From Candidatus Saccharimonadales bacterium (lineage in GTDB: Bacteria; Patescibacteriota; Saccharimonadia; Saccharimonadales; UBA10212): DNA of 64,000 bases. Both the position numbers and the translations under genes were made by a program. The stretch spans positions 5,828 through 69,827 of the forward strand of contig DATIHL010000007.1 in assembly GCA_035480715.1 (NCBI GenBank), read 5' to 3'. Positions 8,108 to 16,686 of the stretch are shown here, one piece after another. Below the pieces are notes generated by a model that searched no databases, was not told where the DNA came from, and saw nothing but the letters and a program-made list of their open reading frames with translations. Each line of letters opens with the position of its first letter. The stretch's first letter is position 1.

Positions 8108-8611
8108 ATGTTCTGGGCAGTAATCTTCGGATTTGGCGCCTGGGCCGTAATCGGATACCTAATCCCGTCGGCCTCCGACCATCTCACAGCAGCCAGGAAG
8201 ACGGATGAGAAGCTACGGCAGACGCTGGATGCCCTCGCTATGGCGACAGCAGCAGACAGGCCCAACTTGCTGCGGATAGCTGAGCGGCACAGGCAAACGC
8301 GCAACGACCACTACTGGAGAGCAGCGCCTTGGCTGGTTGGCAGCCTGGGCCTGTATGTCTGGGGTATCTGGGCTCTGAGCCTGGGTTTCTCTGGAAGTCA
8401 GACAGCCGTTCTCGTGTTCGGGACAATGTTCCTGGGCGCGGCCTTTGCGTTGATCAGGCAACGAAGGCGTAACTGGCGGCGGTTTGCAGGTTGGCGGACG
8501 ATCCCCGACCCCCTCGTCCGTCGGCGCACTTTCGTAGCCTCAAGACTCAATGCTGTTGGGCTGGTAATTTGTCTACTGGCCGGCAGTCTGATCCTGGGCT
8601 TCGGCCTGTAG
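8108..8611 (+). CDS. hypothetical 4-TM membrane protein encoded on a GC-rich insert
   Basis: 167 aa from ATG 8108 (the track ORF begins at 8075). There are four hydrophobic helices: FWAVIFGFGAWAVIGYLIP, PWLVGSLGLYVWGIWALSLGF, AVLVFGTMFLGAAFALI and AVGLVICLLAGSLILGFGL. The loops are positive-inside (RQRRRNWRRF). Third codon positions are strongly G/C-biased, unlike neighbouring genes. Confidence 0.55.
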   Translation: MFWAVIFGFGAWAVIGYLIPSASDHLTAARKTDEKLRQTLDALAMATAADRPNLLRIAERHRQTRNDHYWRAAPWLVGSLGLYVWGIWALSLGFSGSQTAVLVFGTMFLGAAFALIRQRRRNWRRFAGWRTIPDPLVRRRTFVASRLNAVGLVICLLAGSLILGFGL

Positions 8612-8757
8612 GCCACCACGCGAGAGGAAGGTGATAGCAGTTGGACAAGCTGCTTTACCGGTTCGGGCTTGGACTGTTCAAGGTCCTCGCTCGGGCTGCC
8701 CGCACATTGGTCAATTGGCTGTTTCATCGCCCATGAGACCAGCACATCCTCCCTAGA

Positions 8758-8791
8758 CCCAGCCGTAGTTGCACATTGAACTACGGCTGGG
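8758..8791. repeat. 13-bp perfect inverted repeat (stem-loop) in the GC-rich non-coding tail
   Basis: CCCAGCCGTAGTT-GCACATTG-AACTACGGCTGGG. The loop octamer GCACATTG also occurs at 8702-8709. Confidence 0.6.
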
Positions 8792-8827
8792 CAGGCCTAG
8801 TGGAACGATCAAGTTCAAGGGGCTAAA

Positions 8828-8881
8828 CGGCAGGAGTTTTGAGTGATCCATTCACTCACCACTTCCTGCCGCTTTTCATTT
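8828..8881 (+). terminator. compound hairpin plus T-run; candidate intrinsic terminator closing the GC-rich insert
   Basis: The outer stem is CGGCAGGA (8828-8835) paired with TCCTGCCG (8864-8871). The inner stem is GAGTGA/TCACTC. CTTTTCATTT follows the structure. Confidence 0.45.
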
Positions 8882-8894
8882 ATAAACGCTTATG

Positions 8895-8921
8895 TTGCTA
8901 TGAGCCATAAATTGGTATACT
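8895..8921 (+). promoter_or_regulatory. candidate extended -10 promoter for the PrgI-like/VirB4 operon
   Basis: TTGCTA (8895-8900), a 15-nt spacer and TGgTATACT (8913-8921). The spacer is short, so confidence is low. Confidence 0.3.
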
Positions 8922-9030
8922 AAAAATAGCTGAAAGCTCAGAGCTGAGGGCCGAGAGCTCTAGAGAATGAGAACAAATAAATACATTAATGTAGCTAAGG
9001 ATTACAAGCTAACAGCTTAAGGCTAATTTT

Positions 9031-10041
9031 ATGGCTGTTTATAAAGTTATTCAGGACATAGAGGCCGAAGACAGGCTACTTGGGCCTTTGACGCTTAAGG
9101 GGTTTATATATGCATTGACGGCGGGGGCCCTTGGTTTTATTAATTTTAAACTGTTAATGTCTCCTGAGCTTGGCGCGATTCGTTGGCTATTGGTACTCCT
9201 TTTTGGGCTACCAATGCTTTTATTTATGGTATTAGCTTCACCATTGGGACGTGAGCAACCCACAGAAGTCTGGCTATTATCGCGCGTGCGTTTTTTGGTA
9301 AAGCCAAGAAAGAAAATCTGGGACCAAAGCGGACTTAGCGATCTGGTAACAATTACTGTCCCACCGAAAGTTGACCGGCACCTTACAAAAGACTTGAGCC
9401 AGGGTGAAGTACAGGGTCGACTGGAATCACTAGCAATGGCGATGGATACCGGCGGCTGGGCCGTAAAGAATATAAATGTCAATTTAAATACTCAGCCCAC
9501 TTATCTGGAGAATGGTGCCGCAGACTCTGACCGCTTAGTTGGCGCTTCGAGCCTAACACAGAATGTGCCGGTGATTGATATTCACCCGGCCGACGATATT
9601 ATGGACGAACAAAACAATCCAACAGCACAGAAATTTGAGGGTTTAATGCAACAGAAAGATGCCAAGCGCAAAAAAGAAATGGCCGAAAAAATTAATAATG
9701 CCAGGAATGATAGCCAGCCCAGCCAACTTCAGCCTAAAGAATCATCTGCTCAAAAGGTGGATAGTGCCCAAACTGTCACTAAGGAGCCAGCGCAGGCGGC
9801 CAGACAATTCCATTTTAAACAGCCCCAGACAAATGATACCCCTCAGAAGTCCCAGCTCCCACCCGCGTCAAATCAATCAGCCCTACAAAAATCAGAGGTG
9901 ACAGTCGAAAGTAGAGCTGATAAACTGGAGCTAGCCCAAAGTGGTAATGATTTAAGTGTGGCGTCAATTGCACATTTAGCTAATCGGCAGCCTAGGATAC
10001 AACAGGTTAGCCCAAACGAGGTAGTAATTTCCTTGCACTAG
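9031..10041 (+). CDS. PrgI-family (VirB3-like) T4SS membrane protein with a long Q/P/S-rich C-terminal extension
   Basis: The N-terminus MAVYKVIQDIEAEDRLLGPLTLKGFIYALTAGALGF.. followed by a second TM helix matches the PrgI-family opening pattern. About 200 further residues are low-complexity (QPSQLQPKESSAQK..). Confidence 0.6.
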   Translation: MAVYKVIQDIEAEDRLLGPLTLKGFIYALTAGALGFINFKLLMSPELGAIRWLLVLLFGLPMLLFMVLASPLGREQPTEVWLLSRVRFLVKPRKKIWDQSGLSDLVTITVPPKVDRHLTKDLSQGEVQGRLESLAMAMDTGGWAVKNINVNLNTQPTYLENGAADSDRLVGASSLTQNVPVIDIHPADDIMDEQNNPTAQKFEGLMQQKDAKRKKEMAEKINNARNDSQPSQLQPKESSAQKVDSAQTVTKEPAQAARQFHFKQPQTNDTPQKSQLPPASNQSALQKSEVTVESRADKLELAQSGNDLSVASIAHLANRQPRIQQVSPNEVVISLH

Positions 10042-10088
10042 AAGATCCAACACTAACAAAAAGCCAAAAGGGTGGAAATATTTAGTTT

Positions 10089-10874
10089 ATGAATCCAACT
10101 CAACCGCAAGCAACCACAGCACCGGCTAAGGCTGCGCCATCAAATCCTAATAGTACGCAAAACACATTGCAAATTGCCGAAATCCGCGATGGTGTAGTAA
10201 TTATGAACGATGGCACATTCCGTGCCGTAATAATGTGTAAAGCCATTAATTTTGATCTGATGAGCCCGCAGGAGCGGGAAGCCGTAGAGTATAGCTACCA
10301 GGGATTTCTTAATTCCTTAACCTTTCCTATCCAAATATTTATGCGCAGCGAGAAGGTTGATTTGCGGCCTTACCTTGAAAAACTTGATAAGATTCGCTCT
10401 CAGCAAGACAACATGTTGTTGGCGCTTTTGATGGAAGACTACATTAACTTCTTGGCAGCAATCTCTCAACAAGCGAACATTATGGATAAGCAATTTTATC
10501 TGGCTATAAGCTACCCAGACCCCAACCAGGACGTCCGCAATACCATAAAACAGGGCACGGGGTTTTTCAGCGGCGTAGTGAATCTATTCAGTAGGGATCA
10601 AGCACCCCATGTAGTGATCAATGAAAGAACTCTGGAAGATGCTAAGACAGAACTGCGAAACCGTGTACAGGCGGTAATCGAGGGCCTTTTGCAATGCGGC
10701 GTGCAAAGCCTGCCTCTGGATACTCAAGAGCTAATTGAGCTTTACTACAACACCTACAACCCAGACACCGCCACTCGTCAGCATTTGGTAAACTTTGATG
10801 ATTTATCTGCGCAGGTTATTAATAAAGGCCACGGCGATGCACCCCAACCGCAGCTAGATTCGGAGATGGTTTAG
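10089..10874 (+). CDS. T4SS-associated protein resembling a free-standing VirB4 N-terminal domain
   Basis: 261 aa, ending 2 nt before the virB4 start. After a P/Q/T-rich leader the sequence is IAEIRDGVVIMNDGTFRAVIMCKAINFDLMSPQEREAVEYSYQGFLNSLTFPIQIFMRSEKVDLRPYLEKL. This follows the pattern of VirB4/TraC N-domains. No Walker motifs are present. Confidence 0.5.
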   Translation: MNPTQPQATTAPAKAAPSNPNSTQNTLQIAEIRDGVVIMNDGTFRAVIMCKAINFDLMSPQEREAVEYSYQGFLNSLTFPIQIFMRSEKVDLRPYLEKLDKIRSQQDNMLLALLMEDYINFLAAISQQANIMDKQFYLAISYPDPNQDVRNTIKQGTGFFSGVVNLFSRDQAPHVVINERTLEDAKTELRNRVQAVIEGLLQCGVQSLPLDTQELIELYYNTYNPDTATRQHLVNFDDLSAQVINKGHGDAPQPQLDSEMV

Positions 10875-10876
10875 AT

Positions 10877-12913
10877 ATGCTAGGATTTGGAAAGAAAAAA
10901 GCCGACCAGCAGCTGCATCCTCTAGAACAACAGGAAGCCCGTCAAACTAAAGAGGTGAAGGGCGACTATCAAAAGGGTATTACGGCACTGCGCGATTTTA
11001 TTGCCCCCAGTTCACTAGAGTTTAGCGGCAAATATTTTCAGCTTGGCACGCGCTATGCCCGCACTTATTATGTTTACGGTTATCCGCGGCAAGTTTACAC
11101 CGGTTGGTTATCTGGAATTATCAATCTAGACGAGATCATTGATCTTTCTATGATAATTCAACCTGTACGCACCGAAGTTATCCTTAATAATCTACGTAAA
11201 AAAGTGTCCCAGCTTGAAGCTGGCATCCAAATAGATACTGAAAAGGGCAGGGTGCGCGATCCGGGCAAACAAGCAGCTATCCAGGATGCCGAGGAAATGC
11301 GCGATAAACTACAGGTTGGCGAGGAGCGATTTTTCCGTTTTGGTTTTTACTTTACGGTTTACGCCAACTCGGTGGATGAGCTAGAAGTTATATGTAATAG
11401 GGTAGAATCATTGCTCGGTCAACAACTGGTGTATTCCAAGCCGGCAAGCGCCCAGCAGGAACAGGGACTAAATAGTACTATCCCGCAGTTTGTTGACCAG
11501 TTGCAGATTTACCGCAACATGAATACGGGTGCTATTTCTACTAGTTTCCCATTTACTTCGGCCGATCTTACGCAGGAAAACGGTATTTTGTATGGCATTA
11601 ACATGCATAATTCTGGATTGGTGCTTTTTGACCGCTTCACGCTTGAGAATGGCAATAGTGTCGTATTTGCCAAGTCCGGAGCTGGCAAAAGCTTTACCGT
11701 GAAGTTGGAAGCACTGCGTTCCATGATGTTCGGCACTGAAATTTTTATTATTGACCCCGAAAATGAATACCAGAAAATGTGTGAGGCCGTAGGTGGAGCT
11801 TATGTACGCTTAAGCCTCAATAGTGCAACCCGCATCAACCCATTTGATCTACCGCAAGTCGTAGATTCCGAGGAAGCCGATAACGCTCTTCGCTCCAACC
11901 TCATTACCCTCCACGGATTACTGCGTCTGATGATGGGCGGCGCGCAGGCCCAAATGATGCAAAGCGGCGGGGCAGCTATGGCGCCGGCGCTTAATCCAGC
12001 CGAAGAAGCCGACCTAGACACTGCTTTGATTGAAACTTATGCCAGAGCTGGCATAACAAGCGACCCCCTAACCCACGGTTCTACGCCGCCAACAATCAGC
12101 GATCTTTACGACACTCTGCTTCATATGGGCGGCACTGGTCCGCAGCTCGCTCAACGCTTACGTAAATACACCAGTGGTACTTTTGCTGGTATATTCAGCC
12201 AGCAGAGCAACGTCAATGTCAACAATCCGATGGTGGTGTTTAATATTCGCGATTTAGAGGATGAGTTGCGTCCGGTAGCTATGTATATTGTGCTTAATTT
12301 CATTTGGAACAAGACTAAGGCTGATAAGAAACGCCGAATTCTAATCGTCGACGAAGCCTGGCAGCTGATGCGCTATGAAGACAGCGCCAATTTTATGTTT
12401 TCACTCGCTAAGCGTGCTCGTAAATATAACCTTGGTCTTACGACCATCAGCCAAGACGTAGAAGATTTTATGGCTTCACGCATGGGGCGGGCTATTGTAG
12501 CCAACGCCAGCATGCAGTTTTTGCTTAAGCAGTCGCCGAGTGCCGTTGATGTGCTGGCTGATGTATTCAAGCTGACGTCTGAAGAGAAAAAACGCCTGAG
12601 CCAATTCCCGATTGGCCAAGGCCTATTCTTTGCCGGCCAAAATCATGTACATATCCAGGTTATCGCCAGCCCCACTGAAGAAAGTTTGATTACATCAAAC
12701 CCGGCCCCAGTTCAACAAAATCAAATGGCACAGTTGCAGGGTGTGGCAGATTCGCAAGGCCCCCCCACCTCGAGCATTGCTCTTCCGCCTCAACAACCCT
12801 TGTCTCCAGCCGTTCAAATGGAAGCACCGGTATCACTACCGACAGGCGTGCTAAATTCGCAGGATTTGAACCAGCCACCATCGCCAGAAACGCCACAACC
12901 ATCGGGAGTATAG
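10877..12913 (+). CDS. virB4: VirB4/TrbE/PrgJ-family T4SS ATPase
   Basis: 678 aa with Walker A FAKSGAGKSFTVK and Walker B RRILIVDEAWQLM. Family-typical N-domain strings are present (RTYYVYGYPRQVYTGWLSGI). The last ~70 aa form a P/Q-rich tail. Confidence 0.9.
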   Translation: MLGFGKKKADQQLHPLEQQEARQTKEVKGDYQKGITALRDFIAPSSLEFSGKYFQLGTRYARTYYVYGYPRQVYTGWLSGIINLDEIIDLSMIIQPVRTEVILNNLRKKVSQLEAGIQIDTEKGRVRDPGKQAAIQDAEEMRDKLQVGEERFFRFGFYFTVYANSVDELEVICNRVESLLGQQLVYSKPASAQQEQGLNSTIPQFVDQLQIYRNMNTGAISTSFPFTSADLTQENGILYGINMHNSGLVLFDRFTLENGNSVVFAKSGAGKSFTVKLEALRSMMFGTEIFIIDPENEYQKMCEAVGGAYVRLSLNSATRINPFDLPQVVDSEEADNALRSNLITLHGLLRLMMGGAQAQMMQSGGAAMAPALNPAEEADLDTALIETYARAGITSDPLTHGSTPPTISDLYDTLLHMGGTGPQLAQRLRKYTSGTFAGIFSQQSNVNVNNPMVVFNIRDLEDELRPVAMYIVLNFIWNKTKADKKRRILIVDEAWQLMRYEDSANFMFSLAKRARKYNLGLTTISQDVEDFMASRMGRAIVANASMQFLLKQSPSAVDVLADVFKLTSEEKKRLSQFPIGQGLFFAGQNHVHIQVIASPTEESLITSNPAPVQQNQMAQLQGVADSQGPPTSSIALPPQQPLSPAVQMEAPVSLPTGVLNSQDLNQPPSPETPQPSGV

Positions 12914-12929
12914 TTGGTAAATTACGCTA

Positions 12930-15386
12930 ATGGCTACAACTACCAGAACACCAGAAAGAAAACCAGAAGAGGATAATAACCCCGGGCAGGAGGACTTCGA
13001 CAAATTAATAGACAAGAACTTCAGCAGCGGAGATGAACGAATGATGGAGGAGCGCGCCAAAAAGGGCGCAGCTAGTCCAGAAGACTTAGCTGAAGACGAA
13101 AAAAAAGCCGGCGGGCCAGCAGAGGCCAAAGGCGCTACAGACGAATCTAAGCGCTTGCAGCCGACCCATGAAAATACTGTCGGTGACGGCTATAAGGGCT
13201 CAGGGCTTAAAAAAGAAATGCGCCTGAGTTTTGGCAGACTCAAAATTACAAAAAAACGCGGCATAGGCGCCGGAATCATTGCCGCCATTTTAGCTACCCT
13301 AATTGCTGTGTTCACTATTACATCCGGCCCGCTGCAGCTACTTCATTTGGCACAAATACTTAAAAAAAGCTGGCACCACCAGGAAAAAATATCGGTCCAC
13401 AGATCTAAAGGCTTATTCCGCTACTTTAGAGCAAATAACATTGGAGAGACTCGTGTAGGCTGGGTGGGTAGCAAAGTTATGACGCGACTAACGGGCCAGC
13501 TTAAAGATGTAGGCGTAACATTCGAAACCAACTCCAATGGCTCGCCAATTAAAGCCACGATAGATACCAGCAAGCACCCCGAATTTCAGGATTTACTCAA
13601 ATCCGAAAGGCGAGACCAAGTTATTAAAGTTTTTGAGGCCGATCCGAACTTGGTCGGTCAATTACGTGAAGGAAGATTTATAGATATAACTTTCGGCCCC
13701 AACACATTTAAAGGCATTGATTATGTTAGATTTTTCCTTAAGACATCGCTAGACCATCTACAGAGTGGCGCTATCGCAACCGCCCTTAGCTTTAGGGTTG
13801 CAACTAGATTCTACGACGTGCCAAGTCTGTTCCACCCACTTAAACGAGCCTTAGCCAAAATTAAGAATGGTGTAGTGGCTGAAACTCCTATAGAAACTAG
13901 GCAGCAGGAAGAAACGCGAAACCAGAATTTGGAAAGATCGGTTACCGAGAATCCAGAAGCCGTGAGCGCCAGGGATAAAGTTAAAGACGCGCTAGGAAGA
14001 GATGACATCCAGACAGCAGTAAGAACGCTTAACGCTGCATTGATTGGAGAAGCCGCTCTTTGTAGCATCTGGGATGCGACAGGCAAGATTGTTCAGTATA
14101 ACCGTTACTTTGTCGTCTTGCCCACGGTACTCCAGGCGGTGGACAAAATGGCCGCTGGCTCTCAAGCTCAATCTGGTGAGGATTTTTACCTAGGGCAGCT
14201 CGGTGCAATAGTTACAAGCTTTAAGGACGCAAATGGTAAAACTATTTGGAACTCCAAGCCTCTACAAGTGTTGGCAGGCAACCCGAATCCGGGCGGTCAA
14301 GATTTACCTAAAAAATACGGTGAAGCCTTCCATGGAAGTACGACCGCCGATAATATAAGGCAGAAGCTAAAGGAATTTGGCATAAGCGGAGGTACATTTG
14401 GAAGCTGCGGTCTATTCGGGCAAATCCTTAGCGGCCTAACTAATGCGTTTTTAATTGTAGCTGGATTCTTCACATTTGGAGGCACGTGGGCAACATATGC
14501 AGCAAAGACGGCTGCTACTGCAGCTGCATTTGCGGCCGTAATGATTATTGCTCAGCAACAATTTGAAGATCTTATAAATAATACCGATGTAGTTCCTAAG
14601 ATCCTGAGCGGCCCATTGGGCGGCAGTCTTTTGGCATTCGGCTCCCGCGAAGCAGCTAATATCAGTGCTCGCTCTTCGGGTGGTACTGCTATGCCAGGCA
14701 CAAGTACCACGACTTTATCCCTTAATGATCAGAGGCAGGACCAGCAACAATTCCAATCCGAACCTTTTGCTAAAAGAGTGTTTGATGTACATGACTACCG
14801 TTCTGTCATATCAAAGCTCATAGATAGGCCGAGCACCAGTCCGTCGGAAAACTTAAGCAGTGTTGCGAATTTCTTCGCACATCCGGCAAGACTTTTCTCT
14901 GGTCTATTTTCAGTAATGCAGCCGCATGTCCAAGCCGCCGGTACATATGACTGGGGATTCCCGCAATATGGTATAGAGGAGGGCTTAGCAACAGACCCAA
15001 ATTACCAAGATCCCTACGACAACGGGGATAAAGTTGCCGTTATGTTAGATAACGGTGGATGCGCTGATGATAGCAACAAACAAGATAACGGTTGTAGCTT
15101 GAGAGACAGAGCCATGAACTGTTTTGGTGTTGATATAAGTAAATATAGCACCGACGCCAGTAAGTATAGTTTAACAAGTTATGGAGATCCGGGACAGTGG
15201 AGTGCCGTCGCTGTTAAAGATGTCGACCCATACAGCGACGGCTACAAGAACGCTAGATGCGATGACACCAGTACAGAATGGCAAAGAATAAAGTTGTTTG
15301 TTTTTGATTCGCGCTTAATGGATTCTATGGCCTGTTACGATAACGACGCCCAATCATGTACAAATGTGGCTTCTTCTAACGGATAG
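12930..15386 (+). CDS. large orphan membrane protein of the T4SS locus
   Basis: 818 aa. The N-terminus of ~110 aa is acidic/basic and looks disordered. A TM helix (GAGIIAAILATLIAVFTI) is followed by a later hydrophobic pair (LTNAFLIVAGFFTFGGTWATYAAKTAATAAAFAAVMIIA). The last ~110 aa contain 6 Cys. No family recognised. Confidence 0.65.
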   Translation: MATTTRTPERKPEEDNNPGQEDFDKLIDKNFSSGDERMMEERAKKGAASPEDLAEDEKKAGGPAEAKGATDESKRLQPTHENTVGDGYKGSGLKKEMRLSFGRLKITKKRGIGAGIIAAILATLIAVFTITSGPLQLLHLAQILKKSWHHQEKISVHRSKGLFRYFRANNIGETRVGWVGSKVMTRLTGQLKDVGVTFETNSNGSPIKATIDTSKHPEFQDLLKSERRDQVIKVFEADPNLVGQLREGRFIDITFGPNTFKGIDYVRFFLKTSLDHLQSGAIATALSFRVATRFYDVPSLFHPLKRALAKIKNGVVAETPIETRQQEETRNQNLERSVTENPEAVSARDKVKDALGRDDIQTAVRTLNAALIGEAALCSIWDATGKIVQYNRYFVVLPTVLQAVDKMAAGSQAQSGEDFYLGQLGAIVTSFKDANGKTIWNSKPLQVLAGNPNPGGQDLPKKYGEAFHGSTTADNIRQKLKEFGISGGTFGSCGLFGQILSGLTNAFLIVAGFFTFGGTWATYAAKTAATAAAFAAVMIIAQQQFEDLINNTDVVPKILSGPLGGSLLAFGSREAANISARSSGGTAMPGTSTTTLSLNDQRQDQQQFQSEPFAKRVFDVHDYRSVISKLIDRPSTSPSENLSSVANFFAHPARLFSGLFSVMQPHVQAAGTYDWGFPQYGIEEGLATDPNYQDPYDNGDKVAVMLDNGGCADDSNKQDNGCSLRDRAMNCFGVDISKYSTDASKYSLTSYGDPGQWSAVAVKDVDPYSDGYKNARCDDTSTEWQRIKLFVFDSRLMDSMACYDNDAQSCTNVASSNG

Positions 15387-15411
15387 TCGTGAAATGATGG
15401 GCATTAATCGA

Positions 15412-16644
15412 ATGAAAAATAACAAAGTAAAAAAAGCAAGAGTGATGCTCAATCTTGCATTGAGCATCACTTTAAGTTGCATACTTCTATTAGTAGAGAT
15501 GCCCTTTAAGGCCGGAGCAATATCGACCGATCAAAGAAGAGTTTACAACTCTGGTACTTATTATTATGATTCCAGCAGCACTTCAACTACTGGAATTGGT
15601 GGCTGCCAAACCCCGGGTACGCAGCTACCTGGAAATACAATCGGGGAACAGGTTTTTAACTTTTTTGTTACCACCGGTGGCTTTTCGAATGAATCTGCTG
15701 CAGCGATAACTGGCAATCTACAGGTTGAGTCGGCCGATTTTACTGTAATTGATGGCTGGGGTGGCGGAGGCGGAAACTACTACGGTATTGCTCAGTGGTC
15801 CAGGGATGATAGATATGTTAAGCTCGTCCAATTTGCCGGTAGCACTCAAAATGCCGCTCAATTACCTTATCAATTAAACTTTATAATGTACGAGCTGAAG
15901 AATGGCTACAGCTCAACTTTGACGTATTTACAAAGCCCCAATTATTCAGTGTCAGAAAAAGCCATTTACTGGGGCAGAAACTATGAGGTGGCTGTCAATG
16001 CAGACGGTAGCCTACAAGCCGAGGCCCAGCGGGTAGCTGACGCACAAATTTGGTATCAGAGAGCTACGGGCAATCCCGCTCCACCAGACACTTCTCCAAC
16101 CGGCAACTGTACGGGCAATGGTTCCGGATCCGGAAATGGAGGTGGTGGAGGCGGAGGTGGAACGGTTGACGGTTGTACTAATCCGTTCCCCGGTGGGTGG
16201 GCGCCCAGCCGTTTGGACATGGGCTACGACGGGACATTTAGTGGCCAAGTTGCTGCGCCATGCGCGGGTACAATCACTTATGCCTCCGATAGTTTCTCGA
16301 ACTGGGGGGGTTGGATTGAGATAAAGCTCGATCAAAAACCCTCCACCTTAGCAACCTCAACTATTTATTTTGCTGAGGGTATTTCGCCAATAGTCCGCTC
16401 TGGGCATGTTAATGCTGGCGACCCGATTGGCAACGCCGTTCCAAATAGAAATTGGAACGGTATCGTCGGCAATATTGAGTGGGGCGTAGCTCAAGATGGA
16501 TCCGTCGGCACCCCAACCAACACCTATGTCTATGGACAATGCGGCTCAGCAGGAGCCGCCGCGTCAGTTTTTGCCTTTGTCCAGTGGGCAGAATCACTCG
16601 GGGTCGCAGCGCCCACATCGACTGATAACGCAGGTTGTCCATGA
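15412..16644 (+). CDS. secreted cell-wall hydrolase: phage-tail-lysozyme-like domain plus degenerate LytM/M23-like domain (VirB1/PrgK analogue)
   Basis: The start is taken at MKNNKVKKARV.. (ATG 15412). A signal anchor is followed by FSNESAAAITGNLQVESADF..YGIAQWSRDDRY..QLNFIMYELKNGY, a phage-tail-tip-lysozyme-type pattern. A Gly-rich linker (GNGSGSGNGGGGGGGG) separates it from an M23-shaped segment: DMGYDG..APCAGTITY..GGWIEIKLD..GHVNAGDPIG. Confidence 0.7.
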   Translation: MKNNKVKKARVMLNLALSITLSCILLLVEMPFKAGAISTDQRRVYNSGTYYYDSSSTSTTGIGGCQTPGTQLPGNTIGEQVFNFFVTTGGFSNESAAAITGNLQVESADFTVIDGWGGGGGNYYGIAQWSRDDRYVKLVQFAGSTQNAAQLPYQLNFIMYELKNGYSSTLTYLQSPNYSVSEKAIYWGRNYEVAVNADGSLQAEAQRVADAQIWYQRATGNPAPPDTSPTGNCTGNGSGSGNGGGGGGGGTVDGCTNPFPGGWAPSRLDMGYDGTFSGQVAAPCAGTITYASDSFSNWGGWIEIKLDQKPSTLATSTIYFAEGISPIVRSGHVNAGDPIGNAVPNRNWNGIVGNIEWGVAQDGSVGTPTNTYVYGQCGSAGAAASVFAFVQWAESLGVAAPTSTDNAGCP

Positions 16645-16686
16645 ACAATGATTGCTGCTTTTATAAAATTGCGGGAGAATTAAATA

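Noticed and set aside
8398-8745. Minus-strand ORFs 8398-8745, 8213-8461, 8238-8426 and 8065-8304 inside the GC-rich insert
   Set aside because: High-GC DNA produces long spurious antisense frames. These overlap the 4-TM ORF extensively and encode Arg/Pro/Ser-rich low-information sequence. 8398-8745 is kept only as a remote alternative.
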